Below, piece after piece: positions 1 to 11,600 of a DNA stretch of 64,000 nucleotides (positions are counted from its first letter, which is position 1; each line of letters starts with the position of its first letter). The DNA is from Dehalococcoidia bacterium. Its GTDB lineage: Bacteria > Chloroflexota > Dehalococcoidia > Bin125. A model generated the notes under the pieces. That model had not been told where the DNA came from and did no database searches. It saw only the letters and a program-made list of their open reading frames with translations. The position numbers and the translations under genes were made by a program. Location: assembly GCA_963663895.2 (NCBI GenBank), contig CAXXRD010000005.1, forward strand, positions 128,001 through 192,000. The letters run 5' to 3'.

Positions 1-1
1 C

Positions 2-94
2 GACTTGGACCAGCTAGACTCGCTTTTGAAGTCAGAAGTGTGGAGGCTTCTGCTAAGGCTTGCCGGTACCGAGAGCGTCGTTGAGAACGTCTAG
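2..94 (+). CDS. Possible 3' end of a CDS entering from the left edge (DLDQLDSLLKSEVWRLLLRLAGTESVVENV*)
   Basis: Open frame from window edge to TAG at 92-94 with protein-like amphipathic sequence; too short to assign. Confidence 0.3.
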   Translation, partial: DLDQLDSLLKSEVWRLLLRLAGTESVVENV

Positions 95-268
95 CTCACC
101 AACAACGAATCCGTGTCTCCGTTGTCGCCGTACGCCGAGTATGCATCCGTCGTGCTCCGCTGAGGCAATCAAGCGTCTGCATCATTCCGCCGACCGAGCC
201 TCGGCAGTCGGTGTCCAACCCCGCAACGCTCGATGCGCATTGGCCATTCCCTGCTAGACGCGAACGTG

Positions 269-1309
269 TCAGCGCCCTGTTACTGCTGCATACAGGTGAC
301 CAATGGGCGGACTGGTTGTTCTATCCTGACCGCAGGTGGCACGGGTACGTTCGCCGGTACGAACCTCCACATGGACATGTTCGTCTGCAGAACCGTTTAA
401 GTAGGGGTAGCCACCTTGAATGCCAAGCCGCTTCCCCACCCAAACTGTTTCATCTTTCACCACTTCAGCGGCTCGCGCATGCAAGTAGACGACAGTAGTG
501 CGCCTGTGTTTGTCGTAGATTGCAATTGTTCCTAGCCCAGTCCCATCTTCGGCTCTGGTCACGACCCCCGTCGTCAGCGAGTAGAAGTACTCGTCGTCAG
601 TCTCGTCAGGGTCGTCCCCAGCAACGGTTAACGTCTGCGAATCCCATCCTGCGTGCTTCCAATCGGTTCGGCCGTTGCATTCATAGCTTCGATTGTCGCC
701 ATAGTTGCCGGTTGTCTGCGCGGGTTCGCTCGCGAACAGATAACTTAGGAGAACTTGTTTCTTGCAGCTGTCGTCTTGGCAGAATGGATGAGAATAGACG
801 GAACTCAGTGGTATGGGAATCTGAATCCAAGATGTAGCGAACCAGCCGGAATGACTGGCTTGAAGTGTCCAGATAGTCGGTCTAATGTCGCTGGGATGCC
901 AAGCGACGCGAAATGCGAGCTGAAGCGATCCGGTGCTATGGATCTTTCGTGCGATGACGCGGCCTGAGAAGCCGTTGGCTAGTTCCAGTTCAGCGCTCTC
1001 AACCCAACGACTCACTCCGCTCATTCGGTGCGTCTGAGACCAGTCAGGGGCCGTGGTAGGAGGAAAGTTGACCCGGTGCCACCTGTCGCTATCCGGTGCA
1101 GCGTAGTCGTACAGCCATACCGTGGCGACCGTGTTGGATCTTTCGCTCCACTTAGCCCATATCCGAACCCAGGTCTGCTGCCTAGATATGTTCTCCTGCG
1201 TTGCTGTACCTTGCACAGAGAGGGCGGGTGTGGCGACGACGAGGACGGGGACTAGCCAGAGCAGGAGTTTCAGCTTGACGGCTGTCCGCAAAGTGCTTCG
1301 ACCTGCCAT
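269..1309 (-). CDS. Secreted protein with C-terminal M23-family metallopeptidase domain
   Basis: N-terminal signal peptide (KLKLLLWLVPVLVVATPALS); HxxxD motif (HAGWD), YLH, VWVGKRLGIQG and HxH motif (HVHVEVR) in M23 order. Confidence 0.7.
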   Translation of the reverse strand: MAGRSTLRTAVKLKLLLWLVPVLVVATPALSVQGTATQENISRQQTWVRIWAKWSERSNTVATVWLYDYAAPDSDRWHRVNFPPTTAPDWSQTHRMSGVSRWVESAELELANGFSGRVIARKIHSTGSLQLAFRVAWHPSDIRPTIWTLQASHSGWFATSWIQIPIPLSSVYSHPFCQDDSCKKQVLLSYLFASEPAQTTGNYGDNRSYECNGRTDWKHAGWDSQTLTVAGDDPDETDDEYFYSLTTGVVTRAEDGTGLGTIAIYDKHRRTTVVYLHARAAEVVKDETVWVGKRLGIQGGYPYLNGSADEHVHVEVRTGERTRATCGQDRTTSPPIGHLYAAVTGR

Positions 1310-1363
1310 GTGATATTCTCCGAGTCGCTAGCGATTCGATCTGGACGCAATCGGGGCGAACCA

Positions 1364-3832
1364 GTGAAACAGCTTCTGACGGCTTCAGCCATCTTGCTCG
1401 TCGCGTTGTCAGCGCTAACGACCGAAGCCTCCGCTTCGGCAACCACCGCCACGATCTCTGGCCGGATTTCTCACGCGCCCGGTGATGAACCTGTCGCCCT
1501 GCGGATCCACGTATGTCACCCGGTTGAGCCAAGTTTCTCCTGCCTCCCATCGATTGCAATCACATCCGGATCGAGATTCCAGCTTTCAGTACCAGCAGGC
1601 GCCTATCAGGTCTGGTTCAAAATCGGCTCAGGTTCACTGCAAGCCTGGTACGACGAGTCATCCCCAGGAAACGTGACCTTCGACTTTAGAACCTCCACGG
1701 TGATACAAGCCAGCAGCGGGTCAGTCACCCTAAAGGACATCACGCTACCTCCGCTGACCACCATCACTGCCACCATTCACGACCCCGAAGGCGATCCAGT
1801 AGCCGGGGTAGCGGCCTATGTCACGAATCTCAACCACAACAACGTCTCTAAGACCTTTTCGACTGCCGATGGTGGGTTCTCCTTAACTTTACCGCACGAC
1901 ACCTACCACTTACAGCTCTTCCCTCCATCGACCTCGTCCCTCGCACCAGGCTACTACAGCACCCTCACGCCGACACGTCTCACTGCAGGACATTCCCCCT
2001 TAGCGCGATTCGAGCCGTCCGACTTCCCCATTGATCTCACCATCATCCTCACCAATGCCAGTTTCGTGTCGGTAACCACCAAAGACGCCAATGGCAATCT
2101 AATCTCCGGCATTAGCCTTGGCCTCTGTCACAGCAATGGCGGCTTATGTCAGTCGGGCAACTCCGCCAGCCCTCGCCAGGAACTCGCAGGTGGCGACGGG
2201 AGTTATAGGCTACACGCCGTTGTCGAAAGCACCATCTACTATCTTTCGCGAAACAATGGTGCACCTACACAGCACTTTGGCGAAGCGCTCGTCATCAACT
2301 TTCCGGCGGACTCCGGAAAACACCTTGAGTTCCGCATACCTGATCCCGATGATCTCGAGTACTACACCGTGAACATCACGGCGCCTCCATCGTCTCTTGC
2401 AGGCTGGAGCTACGAGGCGCAGTACTCAGACAGAGGCGCTTCCATTGGTATCTCACAACTGGGCAATCGACAGACTCTGCCGCTCCCCGATAGCGCTTTC
2501 CGCGTGCTCCTCCAGTCGCCCGCCGGTCACTACTACTATGATGCAGGACAGGGTAACTGGAGCCTGGATCGCAGAGACGCCGTTACGCACCACCCTGGTG
2601 ATCTAGCGGGTGCAGGGCTGACGCTGACTCTGCCGACCGCCCTTGATGTCTTCGACCCGATTGAGGTTGAGCTTGAGTTGGTGCCGGGAGTCAACATCAT
2701 ACCCTGGACCGCAGGGACCATTCCACTTGACCGCATCCGCAACGCAGTTGGCGGATCGACGATGCTCGCCCGGCTAGCGGGTAGTGCCCCTGAGCCGGGA
2801 TCTATCGCGCTTCGGCTGACAGATGCTGACCGTGACGGCCATCTTGGCGTGGGCGACGTGCTCGTTGCCCTTCACTTCGGCAGCGACGCTACTACGATTA
2901 AGACTTACCCTCCGCCTCCATTCAACTCCATTGAACTTGCACCAGATGGTCAGATCGTTGCCTGGCCGGGACCGTCCGACACCCGCTTGGCCGATATCGC
3001 GAAGGGACTTGGCTCGTTGCTAAGGGAGATCGCCGTGATTCCAAGAGTGGAGGGCTCGCGTCCACAGGCGTTGGGGCTTGCCGACGACCCAGTGGTTGAC
3101 CATGGAGCGCTCTTGTTCATTGATGTCTCAGCCCCAACCGTTTGGCTGGGACAGCAGAGTCGCGCGAACGTCGCTCTGAGCAGAATCGCGGTGGACCATG
3201 CCCCGTCAACCGAGAGGTTCATTCTGCGAGAGCTAGCGGACGTTCAGGCTCTGTTTTGGAGCCACTATGGCCTGCGGCGTGACGATTTGGTGTTGACGAT
3301 CGTACCGTGGCGACACCACAGCTCGGGCGGGCTGACGGGGATTACGCTGGACACATTTGCGATTGCGCATAGTAACGGTCTGTTTGGTCTGTTAGTGCAT
3401 GAGTACTGGCATACGATTCAGTGGGCTCACGATCCTGAGCGCCGAGCCCCCAGCTGGATGATCGAAGGCTCTGCTCAGTGGCTTCAGTACAGCGGCCCGG
3501 TACGTCGCCAAGGATCGGTTGATTGGGGCGAACACTATCGAAGGTATGCCGTAGAGCAAGCGGGTTCGACGGAGTACAGCCTGAAGAGTCTGGCGGAGGA
3601 AACTGACAATGGATGTGCTGATGAGTTGTGCTACGACCTTGGATACTTGGCGGTCGAGCTATTGATGAGGAATCATGGGGGTGAGGCGAAGCTGATTGAC
3701 TATTGGCGTCAGCTTCAGGTGTTCGACGAATGGCAGGAGGCGTTTGCGGAAGTGTTTGGAACCTCCGTAGAGGAGTTTTACGAGCAATATGCTGAATGGA
3801 GGGCCGCTGGCTTTCCGCGACCTGTCGAGTAG
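1364..3832 (+). CDS. Secreted multidomain protein: carboxypeptidase-regulatory-like beta domains plus C-terminal zincin metallopeptidase
   Basis: GTG start at 1364 gives signal peptide MKQLLTASAILLVALSALTTEASA; repeated DPEGDPVAGV / DANGNLISGI segments; HEYWH followed by WMIEGSAQW and Y..G..AVE.L. Confidence 0.75.
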   Translation: MKQLLTASAILLVALSALTTEASASATTATISGRISHAPGDEPVALRIHVCHPVEPSFSCLPSIAITSGSRFQLSVPAGAYQVWFKIGSGSLQAWYDESSPGNVTFDFRTSTVIQASSGSVTLKDITLPPLTTITATIHDPEGDPVAGVAAYVTNLNHNNVSKTFSTADGGFSLTLPHDTYHLQLFPPSTSSLAPGYYSTLTPTRLTAGHSPLARFEPSDFPIDLTIILTNASFVSVTTKDANGNLISGISLGLCHSNGGLCQSGNSASPRQELAGGDGSYRLHAVVESTIYYLSRNNGAPTQHFGEALVINFPADSGKHLEFRIPDPDDLEYYTVNITAPPSSLAGWSYEAQYSDRGASIGISQLGNRQTLPLPDSAFRVLLQSPAGHYYYDAGQGNWSLDRRDAVTHHPGDLAGAGLTLTLPTALDVFDPIEVELELVPGVNIIPWTAGTIPLDRIRNAVGGSTMLARLAGSAPEPGSIALRLTDADRDGHLGVGDVLVALHFGSDATTIKTYPPPPFNSIELAPDGQIVAWPGPSDTRLADIAKGLGSLLREIAVIPRVEGSRPQALGLADDPVVDHGALLFIDVSAPTVWLGQQSRANVALSRIAVDHAPSTERFILRELADVQALFWSHYGLRRDDLVLTIVPWRHHSSGGLTGITLDTFAIAHSNGLFGLLVHEYWHTIQWAHDPERRAPSWMIEGSAQWLQYSGPVRRQGSVDWGEHYRRYAVEQAGSTEYSLKSLAEETDNGCADELCYDLGYLAVELLMRNHGGEAKLIDYWRQLQVFDEWQEAFAEVFGTSVEEFYEQYAEWRAAGFPRPVE

Positions 3833-3952
3833 GACGTCGCGAAGCACATTTGGAGTGACTGGGGCACCGATATGGGTTTGTTCTCGTGTGGCAACTGAGC
3901 ATTACTGGACCGGTAATGCCAAGCCCAACTTGTCGTCTTTTGCTAGACTGAG

Positions 3953-4201
3953 TTAGCAGGCTGTTGAACTTTGAGTCGTGGGGGCCGGACCTGGCGTTGA
4001 ACGACGGCTGGGCGCGGGCGTTGCAGCGGCTGCGGTCATGTCCTTGACGACGCCGAAGGTCTTCATCACCCGCATCCAGCGCAGCACGTGGTCGAAGCCG
4101 TTGTTCGTCTCCCGCGCATAGGTCCAGACATCGTCGACCACGTCCTGGTCGGGCTGGTAGCCGTCCTCAGCCCCCGCCGGACCGCCTCCGGATAGGGACA
4201 C
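3953..4201 (-). pseudogene. Isolated fragment of a helical repeat module, probably from a large surface protein
   Basis: Protein-like core GYQPDQDVVDDVWTYARETNNGFDHVLRWMRVMKTFGVVKDMTAA with high GC3 codons, flanked by non-protein-like sequence. Confidence 0.45.
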
Positions 4202-4337
4202 GGCCAGTGCGTTGCGGGGTCCTCTTGCGGGGGGATAGGCGTGGTAATCGTTTAGGCGCGGCGCTTGCAGGCACGGGCGATGTTTGTACGCAGGTAACCG
4301 GGGCCCCTATTCTCTTCCCGAAAGGAGGGCATTCCAC

Positions 4338-4835
4338 GTGACGGCAATCAACGAAACCCTCAACAACAATGCCCGCTACGCCGAGAGCTTTGATAAGGGG
4401 GATCTGCCACTGCCCCCGGCGCGTAATCTGGCTGTCGTCGCTTGTATGGACGCCCGCCTGGATACGCACAAGCTGCTGGGTCTGGAAGAAGGCGACGCCC
4501 ACGTGATACGCAACGCGGGGGGCGTGGTCAGCGACGACGTGATCCGCTCGCTGGTGATCTCTCAGCGCCTCCTGGGCACTCGCGAGATCATGCTCATCCA
4601 CCACACCGACTGCGGGATGGTGACCTTCCGCGACGACGACGTCAAAGACGCGATCGAAGCGGATACCGGACTGCGGCCGTCGTTCGCGCTGGAGGCGTTC
4701 GGGGATCTGGAGAAGGACGTAACGCAGTCCATGGGTCGCATCCAAGCCAGCCCCTTCATCCCTCGCAAGGACGAGGTTCGCGGGTTCATCTATGACTGCG
4801 CCGCCGGCCAGCTCAATGAGGTCGTTCCGGCCTGA
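4338..4835 (+). CDS. Beta-class carbonic anhydrase
   Basis: CxDxR (CMDARLD), RNAGG and HxxC (HTDC) zinc motifs; GGAGG RBS before GTG 4338. Confidence 0.93.
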   Translation: MTAINETLNNNARYAESFDKGDLPLPPARNLAVVACMDARLDTHKLLGLEEGDAHVIRNAGGVVSDDVIRSLVISQRLLGTREIMLIHHTDCGMVTFRDDDVKDAIEADTGLRPSFALEAFGDLEKDVTQSMGRIQASPFIPRKDEVRGFIYDCAAGQLNEVVPA

Positions 4836-4862
4836 CCTGCCGGCGCCGGATCGCGTTTCGCA

Positions 4863-4891
4863 TCCCGGCCCGCAGCGCGCGCGGGCCGGGA
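4863..4891. terminator. Perfect 11-bp inverted repeat between convergent genes (likely bidirectional terminator or stability hairpin)
   Basis: TCCCGGCCCGC-7 nt-GCGGGCCGGGA; no U-tract. Confidence 0.45.
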
Positions 4892-4967
4892 CGACCGATG
4901 CACGATCGAACCGTCGTGCGGGCGGACGCCTTCAAGCTGGTGGTGCGCTGAGGGGCCGGTTGGCTAT

Positions 4968-5540
4968 TTAGCTACCTCCGGCCGGAAGCCGTCCCTCGAT
5001 CCGCGCGAGGATGTCGCGTATCTCGGCCAGCAGCTGCGCATCGCCGGTGGCGGCGGAGACGGCGGCGCCCGGTTCACCGCTCAGGGCCTTCTGCCGCTGG
5101 CGCAGGATCGCGTCTCGCATCTCTGCAGCGTCGATGATTCCGATCAGATCTCCCTCGCTGCCCGCATTCTGCCCCGCCTGCCCGGCCGTCTCGACTCGCA
5201 GGCCGCGCAGGCCGTAATGACGCATGATCGGGCCGTCGTGCAGACGGACATCCGTGATTCGGTTGAGGGGGATCGTCGACTCCTTGCGGAAGAACACCCC
5301 CTTGCGTATCTCCACTGCCTGGGTGGTCAACCGGCAGGAGAGCCGCTGCATGTACTCGGGGTAGTACCAACGGCTCACCAGAAGCCACAGCGGGATCAGC
5401 AGCGCTCCGAACACGGAGACCAGCAGGAACAGGGAGATGACCAAGGTGCCGTGTCCCGCGATGCCGGGATCGAAGCGCGCCTCAAGGATGGTCTCTCCCG
5501 TGACGCTTGCCGCGCGCTGCGCGCCGCTGGATCCGCTCAT
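4968..5540 (-). CDS. Bacterial PH-domain (bPH_2/YdbS-like) membrane protein
   Basis: Two N-terminal TM segments then IRKGVFFRKESTIPLNRITDV...GPIMRHYGL..L.VETAG; GGAGG RBS before ATG 5540. Confidence 0.85.
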   Translation of the reverse strand: MSGSSGAQRAASVTGETILEARFDPGIAGHGTLVISLFLLVSVFGALLIPLWLLVSRWYYPEYMQRLSCRLTTQAVEIRKGVFFRKESTIPLNRITDVRLHDGPIMRHYGLRGLRVETAGQAGQNAGSEGDLIGIIDAAEMRDAILRQRQKALSGEPGAAVSAATGDAQLLAEIRDILARIEGRLPAGGS

Positions 5541-5640
5541 GGTCTCGCTCCCTCCTTGCCGCCGGGCCGTGCCCCTCAAGGGGGCTCTGCATCTCAGGAC
5601 TATACGACGCAAGACGAGCGAGGCGAGCCCATGGTCTCCG

Positions 5641-8600
5641 CTACTCGCCGCCGTGGACGGTGAAGCGGCCGCTGTCGCCCCGTCCGAAGACCTCGGGGAA
5701 ATAGCTCTCCTCGGCGTGTGCGGGGGCGACGAAGAAGTCGCCCGGCGCCGTCGCCCGAGCGTAGTAGACGTACTCATGTACGCCCTGCGGCAGGCGGCTG
5801 GCGAGCAGCACGACGCGATCGTCACGGATGTCCACCTGATCCCACGGGCTGTAGTACCAGGCATACCAGGGCGCGTAGTACGAGGGGGCGCTGCCGCGCG
5901 GGGATTCGGCGCGCTCGGCTTGCAGCCGTTGGCGCAGCTCGACCGGCGCGATGTTCAGCCGCGGGTCGATCGGTTCGAGACCTGCCGGCAGGAAGTCCTC
6001 GATCTTGGCGAAGAGCCGCTCGGCCGGCGCGACCACCGTCAGCCGCACCCGGACCACGTCGCCGAGCGCGGCGCTTGTGATGGCGCGCTCGGGCTCGTCG
6101 AGGAGCGAGTACTGGTGGGAGATGGCGAAGCCGCGGTTGAGCGCCTCGATATCGCGCGCGGGCGTCACGTAGCGCAGGTTGAGGCCGTAGTACAGGCGTC
6201 CGTCCCGGCTGGCGTCGCGCTCGAACTGGACGCGGCTGACCTGGCCCAGCGGCAGATCCGCGAGCGCGACGGCGGCGCCGTCGTGGTAATCGCCGGCGGG
6301 TACGTCGAAGTCGCCGTCGAGCACCTGACGACCGTTGAGCCAGACGGCGTAGTCGTAGGCGCCGCGCGTCTCGCCGGTTAGTTCGGCGAAGGCGCCCAGT
6401 GCGGCCATGCCCTGAGCCCGCTCGACGCTCGTCTTCCAGCGGTCGGCCGTGCGCGCGGTCACGAGCCAGCGGGCGGTCTCCTCGATCAACGGGTGGTTCG
6501 GGTCGACCTCCGTGAGGGCGCGCAACACGAGGGCGGTGGGCCGCACGCTGCCGTTGTGCATCGAGCCGGAGCGCCGCTGGTCCTCCCAGTGGTTGCCGTT
6601 GGCGCTGGCGATGGTGGTGGCGGTGAGGTCGTTCAGAAGAGCGCGCACGGCGTCGTGGCCGGCGTCGTGGCCGCTGGCCAGGAGACCAAGCAGCAGGTAG
6701 GCGCGCCCCCAGCTCGTGAGGCTCGCCCGGTGCTGCTCGACGATGGCGAGCATGGCGTCCGCCTGATCCCGGGCGAGCGTGCTCGTCACGCCGCTGCGGT
6801 TCGCGGCGCTGGCGAGGGCGTACAGGAGGAAGGCGTGCTGGTTCGGGTTTGCGGGCCGCTCGACATCGGTCTCGCGGTTCATGTAGTCCATGATCAACCC
6901 CGCCGCGCGCGTGAGCACATCGTCTGGGACATGGTGGCCAACATCGCGCGCCTCGCCAAGGGCGAAGAGCACCCAGCCGCTGACCCACATGTTGCTCCTG
7001 CAGCCACGACACCAGCCCCAGGCGCCGTCGTAGCGCTGCGTCCTGATCAGCGCCGTCACGTCGGTTTGGAGTTGGTGTTTCTGTGCCTCGGTCAGTCCGT
7101 CGGCGTTGGCGCGACGTACCGCGACGGTGGCGACGACACGGCTCGCGATCCGCACGCTTGACTCGTAGCGATAAGGACTGAAGTGGGACAGCTCCGTATC
7201 GAGCGCCCCGACCAGCGACCCTTGGATCGACAGCTCCAGCGAGCCGGCCTCGGTGACCACGTAGTCGGGAAGGTAAACCGCCTCCACCGCCGGGGCGTCC
7301 TCGACGACGCCCCCGGTTGCGGTCGTCTCGGGCGTGACGTCGAGGTACACAGGGACGCTGATCTCGACGGCGTCGCCGTAGCCGCCGGAGGCGGTGGCGC
7401 GGAAGCGCAGCGCCGCCCTGCCCTCCGCCAGAGCGCGGGCGGGCCATTCAAACACGGTCGAGTCGTCGGGTTCGACGCGTCCGGAGAGGGAGGCCTCGCC
7501 GTCGAGCGTCAGGCCCTCGGCTTCGAGAGCGATAGTCACGTCACGGGCGGCCGCCGTGTCGTTGCGTACCAACGCCCGCAGGATGACGGCGTCGCCGACG
7601 CGCAGGAAACGGGGCAGGGCCGGGCGCACGAGCAGCGGCTGCGTGACCAGCAGCTCGCTCTCGCCCTCGCCGATCTGCGTCGCGCCGTTGACGGCGCGCG
7701 CGCGCGCGCGCCAGGTGGTGGCGTTGTCGGGCAGGCGCAGCTCGAAGTCGGCCCTGCCGTGCGCGTCGGTCACGAGCTGCCCGATCCAGAGCGCCGTGTG
7801 CCGGAAGTCCGAGCGCAGCCGCGGACCGGCGCTACCCTCCGGGCTGCTTCGGGCGAGGGCCTGTGCCGCTGGCGCTGCGGCTTCTTCCGCATCGCCGCCA
7901 ACACCTCCGCCCGCCGTATTCTCCGCATCACCGCTGCCCATGCCCTCATCGCCCTCTAGAGCTTCTTGGTACGCTTCATTGCGGCGGTCGACCGAAACGG
8001 CGAGCGACGAGGCCGTCCGTACGCCCAGCGCGCGCTCGTACCAGAACGCACCCATGCCGTCCGGCCCTGCCTCGTCCGCCAATGAGAGGACCGCTTGGTC
8101 GACGATCGCGACCGAGACCTCGGCCGCGACGCCGCGCCCATCGGCGTCGGTCGCCTGCACCTCGTAGCGCACCGTCTCGCCGGGCGTGGCCTGCTCTCGA
8201 TCCGGATCGATGCGCACCTTGAGTGCGCGCGGTGCCGTCGAGACGGACAGCTCGACGTAGCCGACGTGGTAGCGCGGCCACGGGTCGTCTTGGGTAGGCG
8301 GACGGTAGAGCACGACGCCGACGTAAACGTTGGGCAGATGCGCGTCCTCGATCGGGATGCGGAGCACTTCGCTGTTCGTGTCGAAGCTGCGCACCTTGCT
8401 GCTCAGCACGCGGCCCCGCTCGATCGTCACGAGCCCGGTGGCGCCCGCGAAGGGTGCGGGCACGAGCACCTCGGCGGTATCGCCGACCTCGTAGCGTTCG
8501 CGGTCGGCGATGAGCTCGATGATGTCGTCGTCGCGCACCCGCCAGGGCGCGTATTCGTCGCCGCTCACCCAGAGGGAGGTGGCGGAGCGGGCAACGCGGC

Positions 8601-11600
8601 CCTGATCGTCGGTCGACTCTGCCACGAGCCGGTAGGTGCCCGCCGAAGGCGGCGTGAACGTGATCGTCGCCTCGCCGCTCTCGTTCGTCATCGCCGACTG
8701 CACCGCGATCTCGGTGTCGCGCGGCTCGCTGCGATAGTGGTAGCCGCCGTGGTCGGCCCGCTCCTTCGTCCTGATCCACTCACGCTCGAAGATGCGCACC
8801 GTCACCGCCCGGCGCGGCGCGATTTGGCCCTCGACATCGACGGTCACGAGGTGGATGGCCTCAAGCTCCCCGGCTGTGGCGATATACGACTCGGGCCTGA
8901 TGCCCGCATACCAGGTGGCGGGATGAACGGTCACGGTGGTGCTATTCGCCACGGCCTGCGCGTTCGCGTCCGTCACTGTCGCGCTGATCGTGAACTGCTG
9001 CGTTCCCTCGTCTGCTTCGAGCGCGGCGTGAACGTCGAAACGCGCGACGCCTGAGGCGTCCGTTCGCGTCTCGCTTCTATCACGTGCGGGGTCCCTGTAG
9101 CCGTCGGCCCGTGTCCAGTAGTAGTCGTGATCGGAGAAGGAGTAGTCCTCGTAGCCCTCGACGCGGATCGCCGTTGGAGATGCCAGCGCCACCCATTCGA
9201 CGCCTGCGTCCGCGACGGCGCCGCCGAAGAAGAAGCGCGCCGCCACCTCGGTAGGGATCGTGTCGCCGGCGAGGTAGTGGGCCCCGGCCGCTGTGACCTC
9301 GACCTCGAATTCCGGCGCGCGGAACTCCGCGACCGTGAAGTACGTGGTGGCAATGTAACGTCCGGTGTCAAACAGCTCGACTCGGTACGTCCCCGTGGGC
9401 GCATCGCCGGGGAGTGCGAGTTCGCCTGCGAACGTTCCCAGCTCGCTGATCTGCACGCTCGTCTGCAGGAGATCGGCGTAGCGCGCATCACGGATGGTCA
9501 CGGTGAAGCGGGCGTCCGTCCCTGGAATGGAGTACGACGCGTCCTCTTCGTCGCGCACGACGCCCTTATAGAACACCGTCTCGCCGGGCCGGTAGATCGG
9601 CCGGTCGGTGTAGAGGTAGCCCACTGTGCCGGGAAAGTACGCGTGGGCCGGTACGTCCAGTTCCCACGGCGAACTGCCCGAATCCCACCAGGTGGAGGCC
9701 ACACCCTGACGCCCGCCCTCGTCGATGCGCACGAGGTAATCCCCGTAGGGGCTTCCCCAGAAGTAGTAGTAGCTGTCTTCGGTGCCCTGGGAGAGCACGG
9801 CGAACCGGGCGAGTCCGTTGGAGTCCGTGACGGCGGTCTCGTAGGGGCGGTGGAGAGGCTCCTCAAGGGGGGCCACACGAACTTCGACGCCGCTGAGCGG
9901 TTCGCCCGTGTTGTAGTCGAGCGCCCAGACGAGCAGCTCATCGAACGCCAGCTTGGTTACGATCGCCGCATCGACGACGCTCAACACCAGCTTCCGCTCA
10001 AGCTCTAACGCTGTGTTGTCCGCAACTACGAGATAGTGATCCTTGGAGAGAGGCTCGCCGGTGCTGAGCGCGGTCGAGTAGAGCCGCGAGGCGCCGCGCA
10101 GATCCTCGTCGATCGGCTCCACCCACTCCCGTATGGGATCGCTGCCGGGCTGGAAGGTGACGTACTCCTGATCGTTGGCGCTCCACCCATCGATGAAGCC
10201 CCGGCGCAGCAAGGTCTCCGCTTCGGAGTCGGACAAGTGATACAGGCGGAAGCGCACCTCTTCGAGCTGGGCCGCGTGGTAGTACAGGATCTGCTGCCGG
10301 TTCGCGGAGAAGGTCGAGAAGCTGGCCGGCGCCGCGAGGCTCAGCGATGGCAACGGGGCACGCGTGGTGAACGAGAACTCGCTGGCCGGCAGCGGCCGTC
10401 CCCCACGGTCGCGCACGCCCTCCGCGATACGCACCGTGTAATCCGTTGAGAACTGGAGGCGGACATCCAAGTAGACGGTCTCCGGTCTCCAGGAATACGA
10501 GATCGGCTCGATGTCCTCGGGGTCGACGCCGCTGATCGAGACACGTCCCTCGAAGGAGTCGATGTCCATCGGGTTGTTGTAGTGGAGCTCGATCCCGTAC
10601 GGCCAGGCAGCGGTCTCACCGTCCTGCGGGTCCGTGCGCACGAGTTGCGGCGGCTCGACCGTCGTGAAACGCACACCCCGCTCGGCGTGCGTGGTCCCAC
10701 CGTCTGCACCGCGCAAGCCGGCCGGCGCGACGACTGCGTAATCCGTGTCGAGCGCCAACGGTTCGGCAGGTGTGAGCGTGACTACCGTGTCGTCCTCGCT
10801 CCAGGTGAGTGAGGTCCTGACGGCGTCTCCGCCCTGCTCGCGCAGGGCGAGGCCCGCCTCGACCGAGGCGCGGTCCATCGGCTGGTTGAACGCGATCACG
10901 ACCGGGCTATCCGGTTCGACATGGACCGAGTTGTCGCTCGGCGTAAAGCTCGTGATCGCGGGCTGGACGGTCGCGAAGCTCCAGGCGAAGTCGGATGCGA
11001 GGACGCCGTCCGCCGCCGAGGTCAGCCCCGCGGGGATGCGCACGGCGTACTCGGCGCTCGGCTGCAGATCGGTGGGGATGAAGCGGTAGAGCGAGGTGTT
11101 GAGCCACTCGCCCCGTCCCGCGAGCGGCGGGTCGAACTCCAGCACTGCCGCCGCGGGGCTTTCCTGGAGCACTGTGAGCGGCGCGACTGAGCGATTGAAC
11201 TGCACGAGGATCTGGGCGGTCGTGGGAACTTCCCTGTCGCCATCGCTGGGGATGACGTAGGACACCGCTAGCTGACCCTTGACGGTGAACGTGTGTGCCT
11301 GGTCGGCTGCGATACCCGCGGCGCCGGCGTCCACGCGCAGCCGGTACTGTTGCCCCCGCTGCCAGCCGGGGAAGGCGGGCTGGAACAGCAGCGTGCGCTC
11401 GTCGGCCCAAATGAAGGCTCCTTCGGCCGGTGGATCGATTGAGACGAGTCGGCTGGCGTCGGCTTCACGGGGCGGATCGCGAAAGGTGATCCGCACGGTC
11501 GCGAGCCGCGGGATTTCCACACCTTCGGGTGAGATGGCGATGGCCGGTGTGCCGTCGGGGGTGGATCGGGGCACCGTGACGGCGAGGTCGCCGTAGCGGT

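Noticed and set aside
4898-4951. Tiny ORF MHDRTVVRADAFKLVVR after carbonic anhydrase
   Set aside because: 17 codons, no RBS, overlaps hairpins; insufficient support
7692-7712. (GC)n dinucleotide run
   Set aside because: Encodes WRARARA in the conserved A2M segment; not an independent repeat
5437-10449. Many long overlapping ORFs opposite or within the A2M gene (e.g. 5822-7447, 8095-9054)
   Set aside because: Shadow ORFs typical of high-GC DNA; Arg/Ala/Pro-rich with no motifs, and the A2M frame explains the codon bias
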